Positions 7,396-14,596 of a stretch of DNA of 37,722 nucleotides are shown here, one piece after another (within the stretch, counting starts at the first letter, position 1; each line of letters begins with the position of its first letter). Origin of the DNA: a virus; the IMG/VR virus record IMGVR_UViG_3300045988_130501, positions 1 through 37,722 of that record. One strand, 5' to 3'. Made by a program: the position numbers and the translations under genes. The notes below the pieces were generated by a model. It was not told the DNA's origin. It did no database searches and was given only the letters and a program-made list of their open reading frames with translations.

Positions 7396-8828
7396 TATTT
7401 TTCTTCCTCATCTTTCTTTTCTTCTTCTTTATTTATTTCATAATATTCACAGATAGTATCATCTACTAATTTTAAATCATTGTCAATTAATTCTTCTTCA
7501 AACATTCCCATAGGTGTTTTAACAATATCATTTCCAGCTGTTTTAGTTCTAAATTGGAACTTGCCATTTTCATTAATTGCTCTTAATACTATTGTATAGA
7601 GTCCCTCAACGCAACATTGATTTGACAACATTTTTCCAACGGTCTTAACTCCTATATTTCCAAATTCATCAATTTCTTCATGGCTCATAAGATAGACTCT
7701 TTTATCTCCGTCAAGATTTTTAATAAAATCAATCAATTTCCAATAATTTAAAGCGATATCTGTAAACTTGCCATAACCTGTTTCTTTTGCCTTTTTCATC
7801 ATTTCCATAGTTAATAAATAATTACTATCATCTATAACTATAATATCTTTTGGTGTTTCTTGAATAAACTTTTTAATTAATTCATAATCACAACTTTCAA
7901 GCCCTGCTTGTCCCCCTTTAAAAGGTAATCTTTTTGCAAGCGGATTTACTAAACTATATTCTTCTTTCTTTAAATTTCTTAAACTGGCACTCTTACCACT
8001 ACCAGAGTGTCCTATAATTAATACTGGAATACATTTTCCCATTTTTCTTTCCCTCCTCATTTCTAGCATTAATTCTGCTTTTTCTTTTTCATAAGGTATT
8101 TGAACAACCTCATAATTGTCTTTATTTTCGGTTAAATATACTATTTCAGTTCTTAACACTGGAATACCTAACAACTCTTGCAATATGTATTTATAAATGC
8201 TTAATTGTATTTTATAATGCTCATAAGAATTATCTAACGTATCTCGAAATGGTATCATCATATATTTTTTATAAACTTTCTTATCAGGATTATCATAATA
8301 GCCTTCCATGTATGAGTTAGTTTTATAATCAACTATTACAACACCTTTATCAACTTTATCATAAAATAAATGGTCGATAGCCGAACTAATATTTGCCCAC
8401 TCAACACCAATTAATAATTCATCTTTGATGTGTATATATCGGTCTTTATAATCATTATAATAATTCAATGAATGATGTTTTATTTTTTCAACTACTTCAA
8501 GATATTCTTTTGAGTTATCAAAAGGTCTTAAATACCATTCTTCACCACTAAATAATGACTGAGTGTATTCATGTATTGTTGTACCTTTTTCACAACTAAA
8601 ATCACGTTTATAATGCCATTCTTCAAGTATTTTAGAAACTTCCTTATTTTGTTTTTGTGCTACCATTTCAGCAACTTTTTGCTCATCAAATTTATTAGCA
8701 TAAAGTCCAATAAGTGTAGTAACGCCAATCCCAACTCTTTTGCCATTACAATAATAAGTATGAGTATCTTCTTCAAAAGTATATTTATCAAACGCCTTTA
8801 ATTTTTGCTTAACTTCTTCAAGTGTCAT
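7395..8828 (-). CDS. Fusion protein: N-terminal PD-(D/E)XK (RecB/Cas4-like) nuclease plus C-terminal Sak4-like P-loop ATPase
   Basis: Nuclease motifs IDHLF, VIVDYKT and QLSIYKY. Walker A IIGHSGSGKSA and Walker B IIVIDDSNY. The probable ATG is at 8828 (MTLEEVKQ); the track ORF begins at TTG 8849. Confidence 0.65.
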   Translation of the reverse strand: MTLEEVKQKLKAFDKYTFEEDTHTYYCNGKRVGIGVTTLIGLYANKFDEQKVAEMVAQKQNKEVSKILEEWHYKRDFSCEKGTTIHEYTQSLFSGEEWYLRPFDNSKEYLEVVEKIKHHSLNYYNDYKDRYIHIKDELLIGVEWANISSAIDHLFYDKVDKGVVIVDYKTNSYMEGYYDNPDKKVYKKYMMIPFRDTLDNSYEHYKIQLSIYKYILQELLGIPVLRTEIVYLTENKDNYEVVQIPYEKEKAELMLEMRRERKMGKCIPVLIIGHSGSGKSASLRNLKKEEYSLVNPLAKRLPFKGGQAGLESCDYELIKKFIQETPKDIIVIDDSNYLLTMEMMKKAKETGYGKFTDIALNYWKLIDFIKNLDGDKRVYLMSHEEIDEFGNIGVKTVGKMLSNQCCVEGLYTIVLRAINENGKFQFRTKTAGNDIVKTPMGMFEEELIDNDLKLVDDTICEYYEINKEEEKKDEEEK

Positions 8829-8829
8829 C

Positions 8830-8955
8830 TTATTTTTTCCTTTCAGCAATAATTGACTTTAAATAAGAACTTAGCGACATATCTCTTTCTTTTGCCTCTT
8901 TTTGTAATTGCTCTTTGAGTTCACAACTAACTTTAAAGATTATTGTGTCTTTCAT
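8830..8955 (-). CDS. Ribbon-helix-helix (CopG/Arc-like) protein, 41 aa
   Basis: AAGGAGG SD then ATG 8955. In MKDTIIFKVSCELKEQLQKEAKERDMSLSSYLKSIIAERKK a beta strand is followed by two helices. Confidence 0.55.
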   Translation of the reverse strand: MKDTIIFKVSCELKEQLQKEAKERDMSLSSYLKSIIAERKK

Positions 8956-8977
8956 TTTCTACCTCCTTACAATTAAA

Positions 8978-9006
8978 ATTGTAGCATATTTTATATACTT
9001 TTACAA
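8978..9006 (-). promoter_or_regulatory. Sigma-A-type promoter of the recombination module
   Basis: In the minus sense: TTGTAA, 17 nt, TGcTACAAT (extended -10). Confidence 0.55.
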
Positions 9007-9030
9007 TACTTTTTTAATATATTATATATA

Positions 9031-9213
9031 TTATTTTGCTGGATACCTAACTACGCAATTTTCATTTTGCCTTATTACTACTTCTTTATTTTCCAAACTC
9101 TTAACATAGTCTGTTATCCATTTTTTATACTCTTCTATATTTCTTTTATCTTCATATCCTAGCATTGAACCATTAACTAGATTTGCTAGCCCTATTAAAT
9201 ATTTATCTTTCAT
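9031..9213 (-). CDS. Hypothetical protein (60 aa)
   Basis: ORF track. Confidence 0.5.
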   Translation of the reverse strand: MKDKYLIGLANLVNGSMLGYEDKRNIEEYKKWITDYVKSLENKEVVIRQNENCVVRYPAK

Positions 9214-9216
9214 CTA

Positions 9217-9390
9217 TTATTTGCCTCCTCTATAAGGTTTACACGAAATGTTATTATAAAATTCGTTTAGTGGCAATTCGTAGCATTCTTTTTCATGTAG
9301 TGCGTCTAAAATGCCTATAAAAAAACTCAATATAATTAAAAAAAAACCAACATATAGCATTATAACTGCTAATTTTAACCAATTATTCAT
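9217..9390 (-). CDS. Small membrane protein (57 aa from ATG 9390)
   Basis: AAGGAG SD lies 9 nt before ATG 9390. Hydrophobic segment LAVIMLYVGFFLIILSFFIGIL. Confidence 0.5.
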   Translation of the reverse strand: MNNWLKLAVIMLYVGFFLIILSFFIGILDALHEKECYELPLNEFYNNISCKPYRGGK

Positions 9391-9580
9391 GTTTATTAAC
9401 TCCTTCTTTAACAATTTCCCAATTTTCAGGATGTTTAAATTTTTTTAATTGAATATTTGCTTGCTGTTTATCAAATTTTGTTGCGTCAAGTATATTTCGC
9501 ACATAATGATGGTAATTTAATGCTTTATATTTCTTTAAAAAAGCTCCATTTGTTTTATGCTTTAATATATATTTTACCAT
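9383..9580 (-). CDS. Hypothetical protein (65 aa)
   Basis: ORF track. Confidence 0.5.
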   Translation of the reverse strand: MVKYILKHKTNGAFLKKYKALNYHHYVRNILDATKFDKQQANIQLKKFKHPENWEIVKEGVNKHE

Positions 9581-9583
9581 TTC

Positions 9584-9841
9584 TTACTCCCTATAATCGT
9601 TTAAAATTCTTTTTACATCTTCATCAATAATTTGTTTTTCTAAATATCTGCTAATAAAATTAGATAATATTTTAATATCTTCAACTAAATATTTGTTTTT
9701 GTCAATCAATCTAATATTTGCTTTAACCATTTGACTATTTTCTCTTTTCATCTCTCTAAAAAAATCTTTTATTTTTTTATCATTATTTTTTAAGTTTATT
9801 GTGTTGGAACCATTTATCAGTTCTAATATTTCTTTTTCCAT
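9584..9841 (-). CDS. Hypothetical protein (85 aa)
   Basis: ORF track. Confidence 0.5.
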   Translation of the reverse strand: MEKEILELINGSNTINLKNNDKKIKDFFREMKRENSQMVKANIRLIDKNKYLVEDIKILSNFISRYLEKQIIDEDVKRILNDYRE

Positions 9842-9904
9842 ATTTTATATTAAAAGCTTTATTTCATTTTTTTGATTTTAGCTTTATTCCCCTTTCTGAA
9901 TAAA

Positions 9905-10120
9905 TTATTCTTTTGTTTCACATTCTTTTAGTATCCTTGACAATTCTCTGTCTTGACTGTCATTTCTTATGTAAAGAAATTTTGATAAAATTTTATAGGG
10001 CATTTGTCTTTTACCATACTCGTAATTTCTATATGCTCTCAGGGATATATTTAATAAATCAGCCATTTGCTGTTGTGTATATCTATTTTCAATCCTATAC
10101 TGTTTCAATTTACTAACCAT
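9905..10120 (-). CDS. XRE-family HTH transcriptional regulator (Cro-like)
   Basis: LKQYRIENRYTQQQMADLLNISLRAYRNYEYGKRQMP is a classic HTH_3 pattern. Confidence 0.8.
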   Translation of the reverse strand: MVSKLKQYRIENRYTQQQMADLLNISLRAYRNYEYGKRQMPYKILSKFLYIRNDSQDRELSRILKECETKE

Positions 10121-10123
10121 AAA

Positions 10124-10318
10124 TTACAAATCCTTTTCTATTTTGCATATTAATAAAATATTGCTAAACAATATTATAAATAAAATTAATATATTCTGCC
10201 TATAATCATTTATTGTGACTATTTTCTTCATTAAATTTGGCAAATTTAGTATTACTATTAAATCAATGATAAATAGCATTAAGTATTTCACCCATTTTTT
10301 TAGTCTTATTTTTTTCAT
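10124..10318 (-). CDS. Small membrane protein (64 aa)
   Basis: ORF track; two hydrophobic segments. Confidence 0.45.
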   Translation of the reverse strand: MKKIRLKKWVKYLMLFIIDLIVILNLPNLMKKIVTINDYRQNILILFIILFSNILLICKIEKDL

Positions 10319-10320
10319 TT

Positions 10321-10530
10321 TTATATCCTCCTATATTCAAATTCGTATCCTAAATTATATTCTGTTGTAATTCCATATTCTTCTAGTTCTTTAATTAACT
10401 CTTTAATGCCTTTATGGTATTCTTGACTCAACTTATAATGCCTTTCTTCCCATCTATCAACCATCTCGAGGTAAAAGTCTTTTTCAGCTAGAACATTTAA
10501 TTCTTGTTTTATCTTTTCTATTTCATTCAT
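10321..10530 (-). CDS. Hypothetical early protein (69 aa)
   Basis: GGAGGAG SD; first gene after the early promoter. Confidence 0.55.
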   Translation of the reverse strand: MNEIEKIKQELNVLAEKDFYLEMVDRWEERHYKLSQEYHKGIKELIKELEEYGITTEYNLGYEFEYRRI

Positions 10531-10552
10531 TTTATCTCCTCCTTACAATACT

Positions 10553-10581
10553 AATATAACCCATATTGAGTAACATGTCAA
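10553..10581 (-). promoter_or_regulatory. Sigma-A-type early promoter
   Basis: In the minus sense: TTGACA, 17 nt, TATATT. Confidence 0.65.
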
Positions 10582-10703
10582 GAAAAAAATAAAGAAAATT
10601 ATCTGAAAATGAAAACAAGAATAGGAGTAGATAATTTTCCTTAATCACTAGGGGTTTTCTAGTGTCTATTTGATTATAACATATTTATCATTAAAAATCA
10701 ATT

Positions 10704-10779
10704 TGGAGGGCGAAGTGAGATTTGAACTCACGATATGGAAGTTGCAGTTCCACTTCTTTAGCCACTTGAATATTCGCCC
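10704..10779 (-). tRNA. tRNA-Cys (anticodon GCA), CCA encoded
   Basis: Folds by hand into a cloverleaf. Acceptor GGGCGAA/UUCGCCC, anticodon arm UGGAA-CUGCAAC-UUCCA, T arm GUGAG-UUCAAAU-CUCAC. The U73 discriminator and A13-A22/G15-G48 features are typical of bacterial tRNA-Cys. Confidence 0.9.
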
Positions 10780-10793
10780 ATTTAAAGAAGAAA

Positions 10794-11243
10794 TTAATCT
10801 TCTTTTGGAATTTTAGTAAAGTAAATCCAAATTTTGTCTTTCTTTGCGTCGTCATCATTAATAAAGGCATTTGCCATTTTTACATAAGTTTCTGCATCTT
10901 CTTTGTCAATAATTTTGTTATAATCATTTACAAGGCTGTTCATAACTACATAAAAATCACAGTCAGTAGCATTTATATCATAATCTCTTTTGACTTTAGA
11001 AGTAGTCTCATAATCCCAATATTCTCCAAGTGGTTTCATATTATTAACAATTTCTATAGCCATATCTTCATCAAACTTATAATCATAAGCCATACCCATT
11101 AATTTCATCTTGTATTCTTTATATAATTTTGGCTGTTTTTCTTTTAAATCGCAAATAAGTTCGTCTAACATATCATTTAGCTTATACATATCTTCGGTTT
11201 TTCCTTTATCAATTATGACTTCAAGCATCTTTTTAATCTTCAT
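10794..11243 (-). CDS. Hypothetical protein (149 aa)
   Basis: AAGGAGG SD; ORF track. Confidence 0.55.
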   Translation of the reverse strand: MKIKKMLEVIIDKGKTEDMYKLNDMLDELICDLKEKQPKLYKEYKMKLMGMAYDYKFDEDMAIEIVNNMKPLGEYWDYETTSKVKRDYDINATDCDFYVVMNSLVNDYNKIIDKEDAETYVKMANAFINDDDAKKDKIWIYFTKIPKED

Positions 11244-11478
11244 TTTTACCTCCTTTCAGAAGCTTTATAATTTTCTCGTTTTGTTCAATTATTTTACTTA
11301 AATATTCTTCATTTTGCTTATGCAATATTTCATCTTGTTTTAATAAATGCTCTTCAAGATGATTGTTGGATAAGTCTTGCTGGTTTAGTTGCAAGTTTTG
11401 AATTGATAATAAATAACTTGCTATGGAAATGATATTTAAAATATCATAATTCCATGGCATTTTAGTTTCATTATTCAT
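11233..11478 (-). CDS. Hypothetical protein (81 aa, hydrophobic N-terminal region plus coiled coil)
   Basis: ORF track; its ATG abuts the upstream TAG. Confidence 0.5.
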   Translation of the reverse strand: MNNETKMPWNYDILNIISIASYLLSIQNLQLNQQDLSNNHLEEHLLKQDEILHKQNEEYLSKIIEQNEKIIKLLKGGKNED

Positions 11479-11913
11479 CTAGGCAATTTTTTTAATAATT
11501 AATGAAGCATTCTTAATAGCAGGTATTTGAGTTGCAGTAGCACCACTAGTAGGTAGAGAACCAACTGTAATAGTTACTGAACCATTACCACAAACTCTAT
11601 AAAGTCTATTAGCAGATACATTACCATATATATTGGCAGTAGTAACAGTATAATCCATTTCTGTTCCACTTAATAATTCGCCATTTGCTTTAATACCTAG
11701 AGCAGTAGCACCAACAGTAGCAGAAGTTACATTTGTGTTAAACATAATTTCGTAAATACCAGCATTCGTTATTTGATATTGAGTTCCTCCCACACTATGG
11801 TTAAGAAAACCACAGCAGTTAGCACTTCTTGTTCTAACAACATCACTAGCAAAAGGGATGTTAGAAGTGTTGCTATCTAAAGTTAAAGCAGTTTCTTGTA
11901 CACTATTTATCAT
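11479..11913 (-). CDS. BclA C-terminal-domain-like (C1q/TNF-like jelly-roll) protein without a collagen stalk
   Basis: NIPFAS...ITNAGIYEIMFNTNVTSA...GIKANGELLSGT...ASLIIKKIA resembles exosporium BclA C-terminal domains (IPFASG, G-x-Y, NG-x-x-x-G). Confidence 0.4.
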   Translation of the reverse strand: MINSVQETALTLDSNTSNIPFASDVVRTRSANCCGFLNHSVGGTQYQITNAGIYEIMFNTNVTSATVGATALGIKANGELLSGTEMDYTVTTANIYGNVSANRLYRVCGNGSVTITVGSLPTSGATATQIPAIKNASLIIKKIA

Positions 11914-11970
11914 ATATTTATCATTCCTTTCTAAAATTTTAAATAATTTTTTAATTATTTTTTGTGTTTT

Positions 11971-11984
11971 TGTGATTTCTCACA
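11971..11984. promoter_or_regulatory. Perfect palindrome TGTGA-N4-TCACA upstream of the BclA-C-like gene (candidate operator)
   Basis: tgtgatttctcaca, read directly. It lies in the 210-bp spacer between the terminators and the gene start. Confidence 0.35.
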
Positions 11985-12027
11985 TTTTTTTGGAAAAATA
12001 ACCAAATATTTCTCCATTATTTTTTTT

Positions 12028-12079
12028 AAAAAAGATAGGTTATTAGCCTATCTTCTATCATTTTCCTGTTATCAGGAAA
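12028..12079 (-). terminator. Tandem hairpins/terminator after the Cys/Gln-rich protein gene
   Basis: AAGATAGG-CTAATAA-CCTATCTT plus TTTT in the minus sense, and a second hairpin TTTCCTG-xxxx-CAGGAAA. Confidence 0.55.
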
Positions 12080-12123
12080 TTGGTTGCAATTCTCTTAAAA
12101 AGAGTTCCTAAATAGGCTTATGC

Positions 12124-12756
12124 TTAAATTATTGTAGTGTTTCCACAACCACATCCATTATATCCATAAGTTGATGGTACAAACGGACTACAGCTTGGGT
12201 AAGCAGGAGCTGGTCTTGGAATTATTGAATTAACGATTTGATTAGCCAAATTTGTGTTATTAAGTGCTTGATTAGTTGTAAATACTTGGTCACGTAATTG
12301 GTCAATTTTATCTTGTTGAATTAAATCAATTACTTTTTGAGTATTTGCTAAACTTTCTGCTCTTAAATCACAGCAACATTGTGCAATTTGGCTAGATAAT
12401 GTTTGAGTTTGTAAAGCATTATCATATCTGTTTTGTAAAACTTCTTTTTGAGTTTCACAAGCATTTTGACTACAATTAAATCTATTTTCTAGTACCTGTG
12501 TTCCTAAATCATATTTAGTTTCAAGAACATCTCTTTGAGTTTGACATCCAGTAGTAGAAACGTTTTGGTTAGTATTAAATACATCTCTTTCTAAGAAACG
12601 TGTATCTATATCAGTTTCTAATCCATTGTTTCTATTAAATCCATTTCCCCAAAAAGCAAAAAGTAAAATTACTATCCAAAACCATTCACTATCGCCATAT
12701 CCATTTCTTGAATAATCCATAGTAGGTACTATTCCAGCAGTTTGCATTGCTTCCAT
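12124..12756 (-). CDS. Membrane-anchored Gln/Asn/Cys-rich protein (210 aa from ATG 12756)
   Basis: AAGGAGGTG SD 6 nt before ATG 12756. TM segment WFWIVILLFAFWG. Internal repeat CQTQRDVLETKYD / CETQKEVLQNRYD. Nine Cys residues including CCC and a CGCG tail. Confidence 0.6.
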   Translation of the reverse strand: MEAMQTAGIVPTMDYSRNGYGDSEWFWIVILLFAFWGNGFNRNNGLETDIDTRFLERDVFNTNQNVSTTGCQTQRDVLETKYDLGTQVLENRFNCSQNACETQKEVLQNRYDNALQTQTLSSQIAQCCCDLRAESLANTQKVIDLIQQDKIDQLRDQVFTTNQALNNTNLANQIVNSIIPRPAPAYPSCSPFVPSTYGYNGCGCGNTTII

Positions 12757-12812
12757 ATATAACACCTCCTTTCAATAAATTGTTTATATAAACACTATTT
12801 TAGTGATTATAC

Positions 12813-13037
12813 CTATTTCATATTTTGAATTTGATTAAGAATATTATCAGGAACACCCATATTCTTTGCTTGTCCTAAAACTTGTTGCATTTGGGAATTA
12901 TCCATATTTCCCATCATCTGTCTCATTAACGCTTGGGGGTCAGTCCCACTATTCATTGCTTGATTTATTTGACTTGCCATTTGTGGATTTCTTGCTTGAA
13001 GTTGTCCCATTAGCATTTTCATTAACATATTGTTCAT
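12813..13037 (-). CDS. Met/Gln/Asn-rich small protein (74 aa)
   Basis: AAGGAG SD; low-complexity sequence MLMGQLQARNPQMASQ...MRQMMGNMDNSQMQQ. Confidence 0.55.
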   Translation of the reverse strand: MNNMLMKMLMGQLQARNPQMASQINQAMNSGTDPQALMRQMMGNMDNSQMQQVLGQAKNMGVPDNILNQIQNMK

Positions 13038-13404
13038 TTTCTTTCTCCTTTACTAGCATATTGATTTTAGCCTCTAAATCGGCTATTTTACGGTCTTTTT
13101 CATCTAACTCGATAATTCCCTTTAACTCGTATGTTTTCACTTCTCCTGAGGCGTTTTTGACCCATAATTGAGTGTATTCTTTATTTACAAATAATGTATC
13201 TGCAAAAACAAGCTCTTTTCGTACATCTTCTATTGAATTAACATATTTAATTCCGTTATTTTGATTTGGTGCAAGTTGGAAGTTTTGGGTGATGGGCGTT
13301 GCCTGTGGCTGATTTTGATTAGCCATTTGCATTTGTCTATCAATTCTATCTCTTAAACCTTGTAAATCTTGCATATACATTTGGTTGTTGTATGGATTAT
13401 ACAT
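12949..13404 (-). CDS. Gln/Asn-rich protein (151 aa); its 3' 89 nt overlap the next gene
   Basis: ORF track; N-terminal MYNPYNNQMYMQDLQ...QMANQNQPQ, C-terminal coiled coil. Confidence 0.55.
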   Translation of the reverse strand: MYNPYNNQMYMQDLQGLRDRIDRQMQMANQNQPQATPITQNFQLAPNQNNGIKYVNSIEDVRKELVFADTLFVNKEYTQLWVKNASGEVKTYELKGIIELDEKDRKIADLEAKINMLVKEKENEQYVNENANGTTSSKKSTNGKSNKSSNE

Positions 13405-13576
13405 TTACATCACTGCCCTCTAAATTAATATTTACAATTGTTTTTGGCTCTTTTTCTCTATTTTCAAAACCAAAATATAGTAAAAGTACAATAATTAAAA
13501 CCCAACCATCGTGTAGTTCATAATTTTCTTTGTTTTTTAAATCTTCAAATAATTTTTCATAATCTTTTTCTTTCAT
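13397..13576 (-). CDS. Small membrane protein (59 aa; below the track cutoff)
   Basis: ATG 13576 gives MKEKDYEKLFEDLKNKENYELHDGWVLIIVLLLYFGFENREKEPKTIVNINLEGSDVNV. The stop overlaps the next start. Confidence 0.4.
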   Translation of the reverse strand: MKEKDYEKLFEDLKNKENYELHDGWVLIIVLLLYFGFENREKEPKTIVNINLEGSDVNV

Positions 13577-13706
13577 ATTTTTGTTTCCTTTCTAGCAAAA
13601 TAAAAGGAGAATAATAAACAAATCGTGTTCTTTATCACTTTTCATTTAAAATTCTCCTCCTTTCGCAAATCAAGGTTATTCCTTGTTTACAATTTAATTT
13701 TACAAT

Positions 13707-13736
13707 AAAAAAAGAACTCGTTTTTATTGAGTTCTT
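13707..13736 (-). terminator. Rho-independent terminator after the HTH gene
   Basis: In the minus sense: AAGAACTC, 9-nt loop, GAGTTCTT, followed by a T-run. Confidence 0.7.
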
Positions 13737-13745
13737 TTACGATTT

Positions 13746-13940
13746 TTATAATATTTTTTTTATTTTTTTCTTAAGTTTTTTAATCATAACATCAAGTGTT
13801 GGTTCTGATACGTTAAGTTCCATAGCCATTTTAGTTCTTGTATACCCTTTTATTTTCATTTCAAGTAGTTTTGCATATTCTTCATTAAGCATTGCCTCAT
13901 CTACTATTTTAAGATAATCTGTTTTTGTTAGCTCAAACAT
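13746..13940 (-). CDS. Small sigma-70 region-4/LuxR-type HTH protein
   Basis: LLEMKIKGYTRTKMAMELNVSEPTLDVMIKKLKKKI resembles a region-4 HTH. Confidence 0.45.
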   Translation of the reverse strand: MFELTKTDYLKIVDEAMLNEEYAKLLEMKIKGYTRTKMAMELNVSEPTLDVMIKKLKKKIKKIL

Positions 13941-14045
13941 TATTTATGCCCCATGAATTTGCCACAAGTCTTACATCTTCTTCGACCTTTGCTATCTTTT
14001 TTTGTTTTAGATTTACGATATTTAATTTTGTATGTTTGCTTAATC

Positions 14046-14315
14046 TTACCCATTAATATCGCCTTTATTTACAATATTTCCATCAACACTATCAATATCT
14101 GTAACTTCTTGAGTTGTTGTTTCAGTGCCTATGTCATTAAGAACATACACCAAGTATCCAATAGTAGCAAACCACATTCCTAAAATGACTAATATTGTTA
14201 TAAATTGTCTTTTATTTTGTTTCTTTTGGTCTTTTAAAAGTTCCATTGCAAAACTTTGTTCTTGAATTTCTTGTACTTCCTTTTTCATTTCTAACACTTC
14301 CTCTTTAAGCCCCAT
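14046..14315 (-). CDS. Coiled-coil plus TM membrane protein (XhlA-like architecture)
   Basis: N-terminal coiled coil, TM segment FITILVILGMWFATIGYLVYVL; 89 aa, next to the lysis genes. Confidence 0.4.
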   Translation of the reverse strand: MGLKEEVLEMKKEVQEIQEQSFAMELLKDQKKQNKRQFITILVILGMWFATIGYLVYVLNDIGTETTTQEVTDIDSVDGNIVNKGDING

Positions 14316-14316
14316 G

Positions 14317-14583
14317 TTATTCTCCTTTATTATGATATTCTTTTACATGATGTTTTAAAGCAATTTCAATTTTTTCATCTATTTCTTTGTCATAAGTATC
14401 TAATTTAGCCTCTATTTTTTCAAGCTTACCTAGTATAGTTTTTAATTGCATATCAATTTGTCCTTGTCTATAACTAGTATCTCCACTATCCTTAGTTGAT
14501 TTATCTTTTCTATTCAGTGCAAAACTACATACTGATATCACAGAGCCAAGTATTGATAGCGCTAGTGCTATTGTTAATCCCAT
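14317..14583 (-). CDS. N-terminal-TM plus coiled-coil membrane protein
   Basis: TM segment LTIALALSILGSVISVCSFAL, then a coiled coil. Confidence 0.45.
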   Translation of the reverse strand: MGLTIALALSILGSVISVCSFALNRKDKSTKDSGDTSYRQGQIDMQLKTILGKLEKIEAKLDTYDKEIDEKIEIALKHHVKEYHNKGE

Positions 14584-14596
14584 AATAATTTCCTTA

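Noticed and set aside
13940-14053. 37-codon very basic ORF (MGKIKQTYKIKYRKSKTKKDSKGRRRCKTCGKFMGHK) bridging two genes.
   Set aside because: It has no SD, overlaps at both ends, and its Lys-rich composition is expected from A-rich sequence. Evidence is too weak to annotate, although translation by coupling remains possible.
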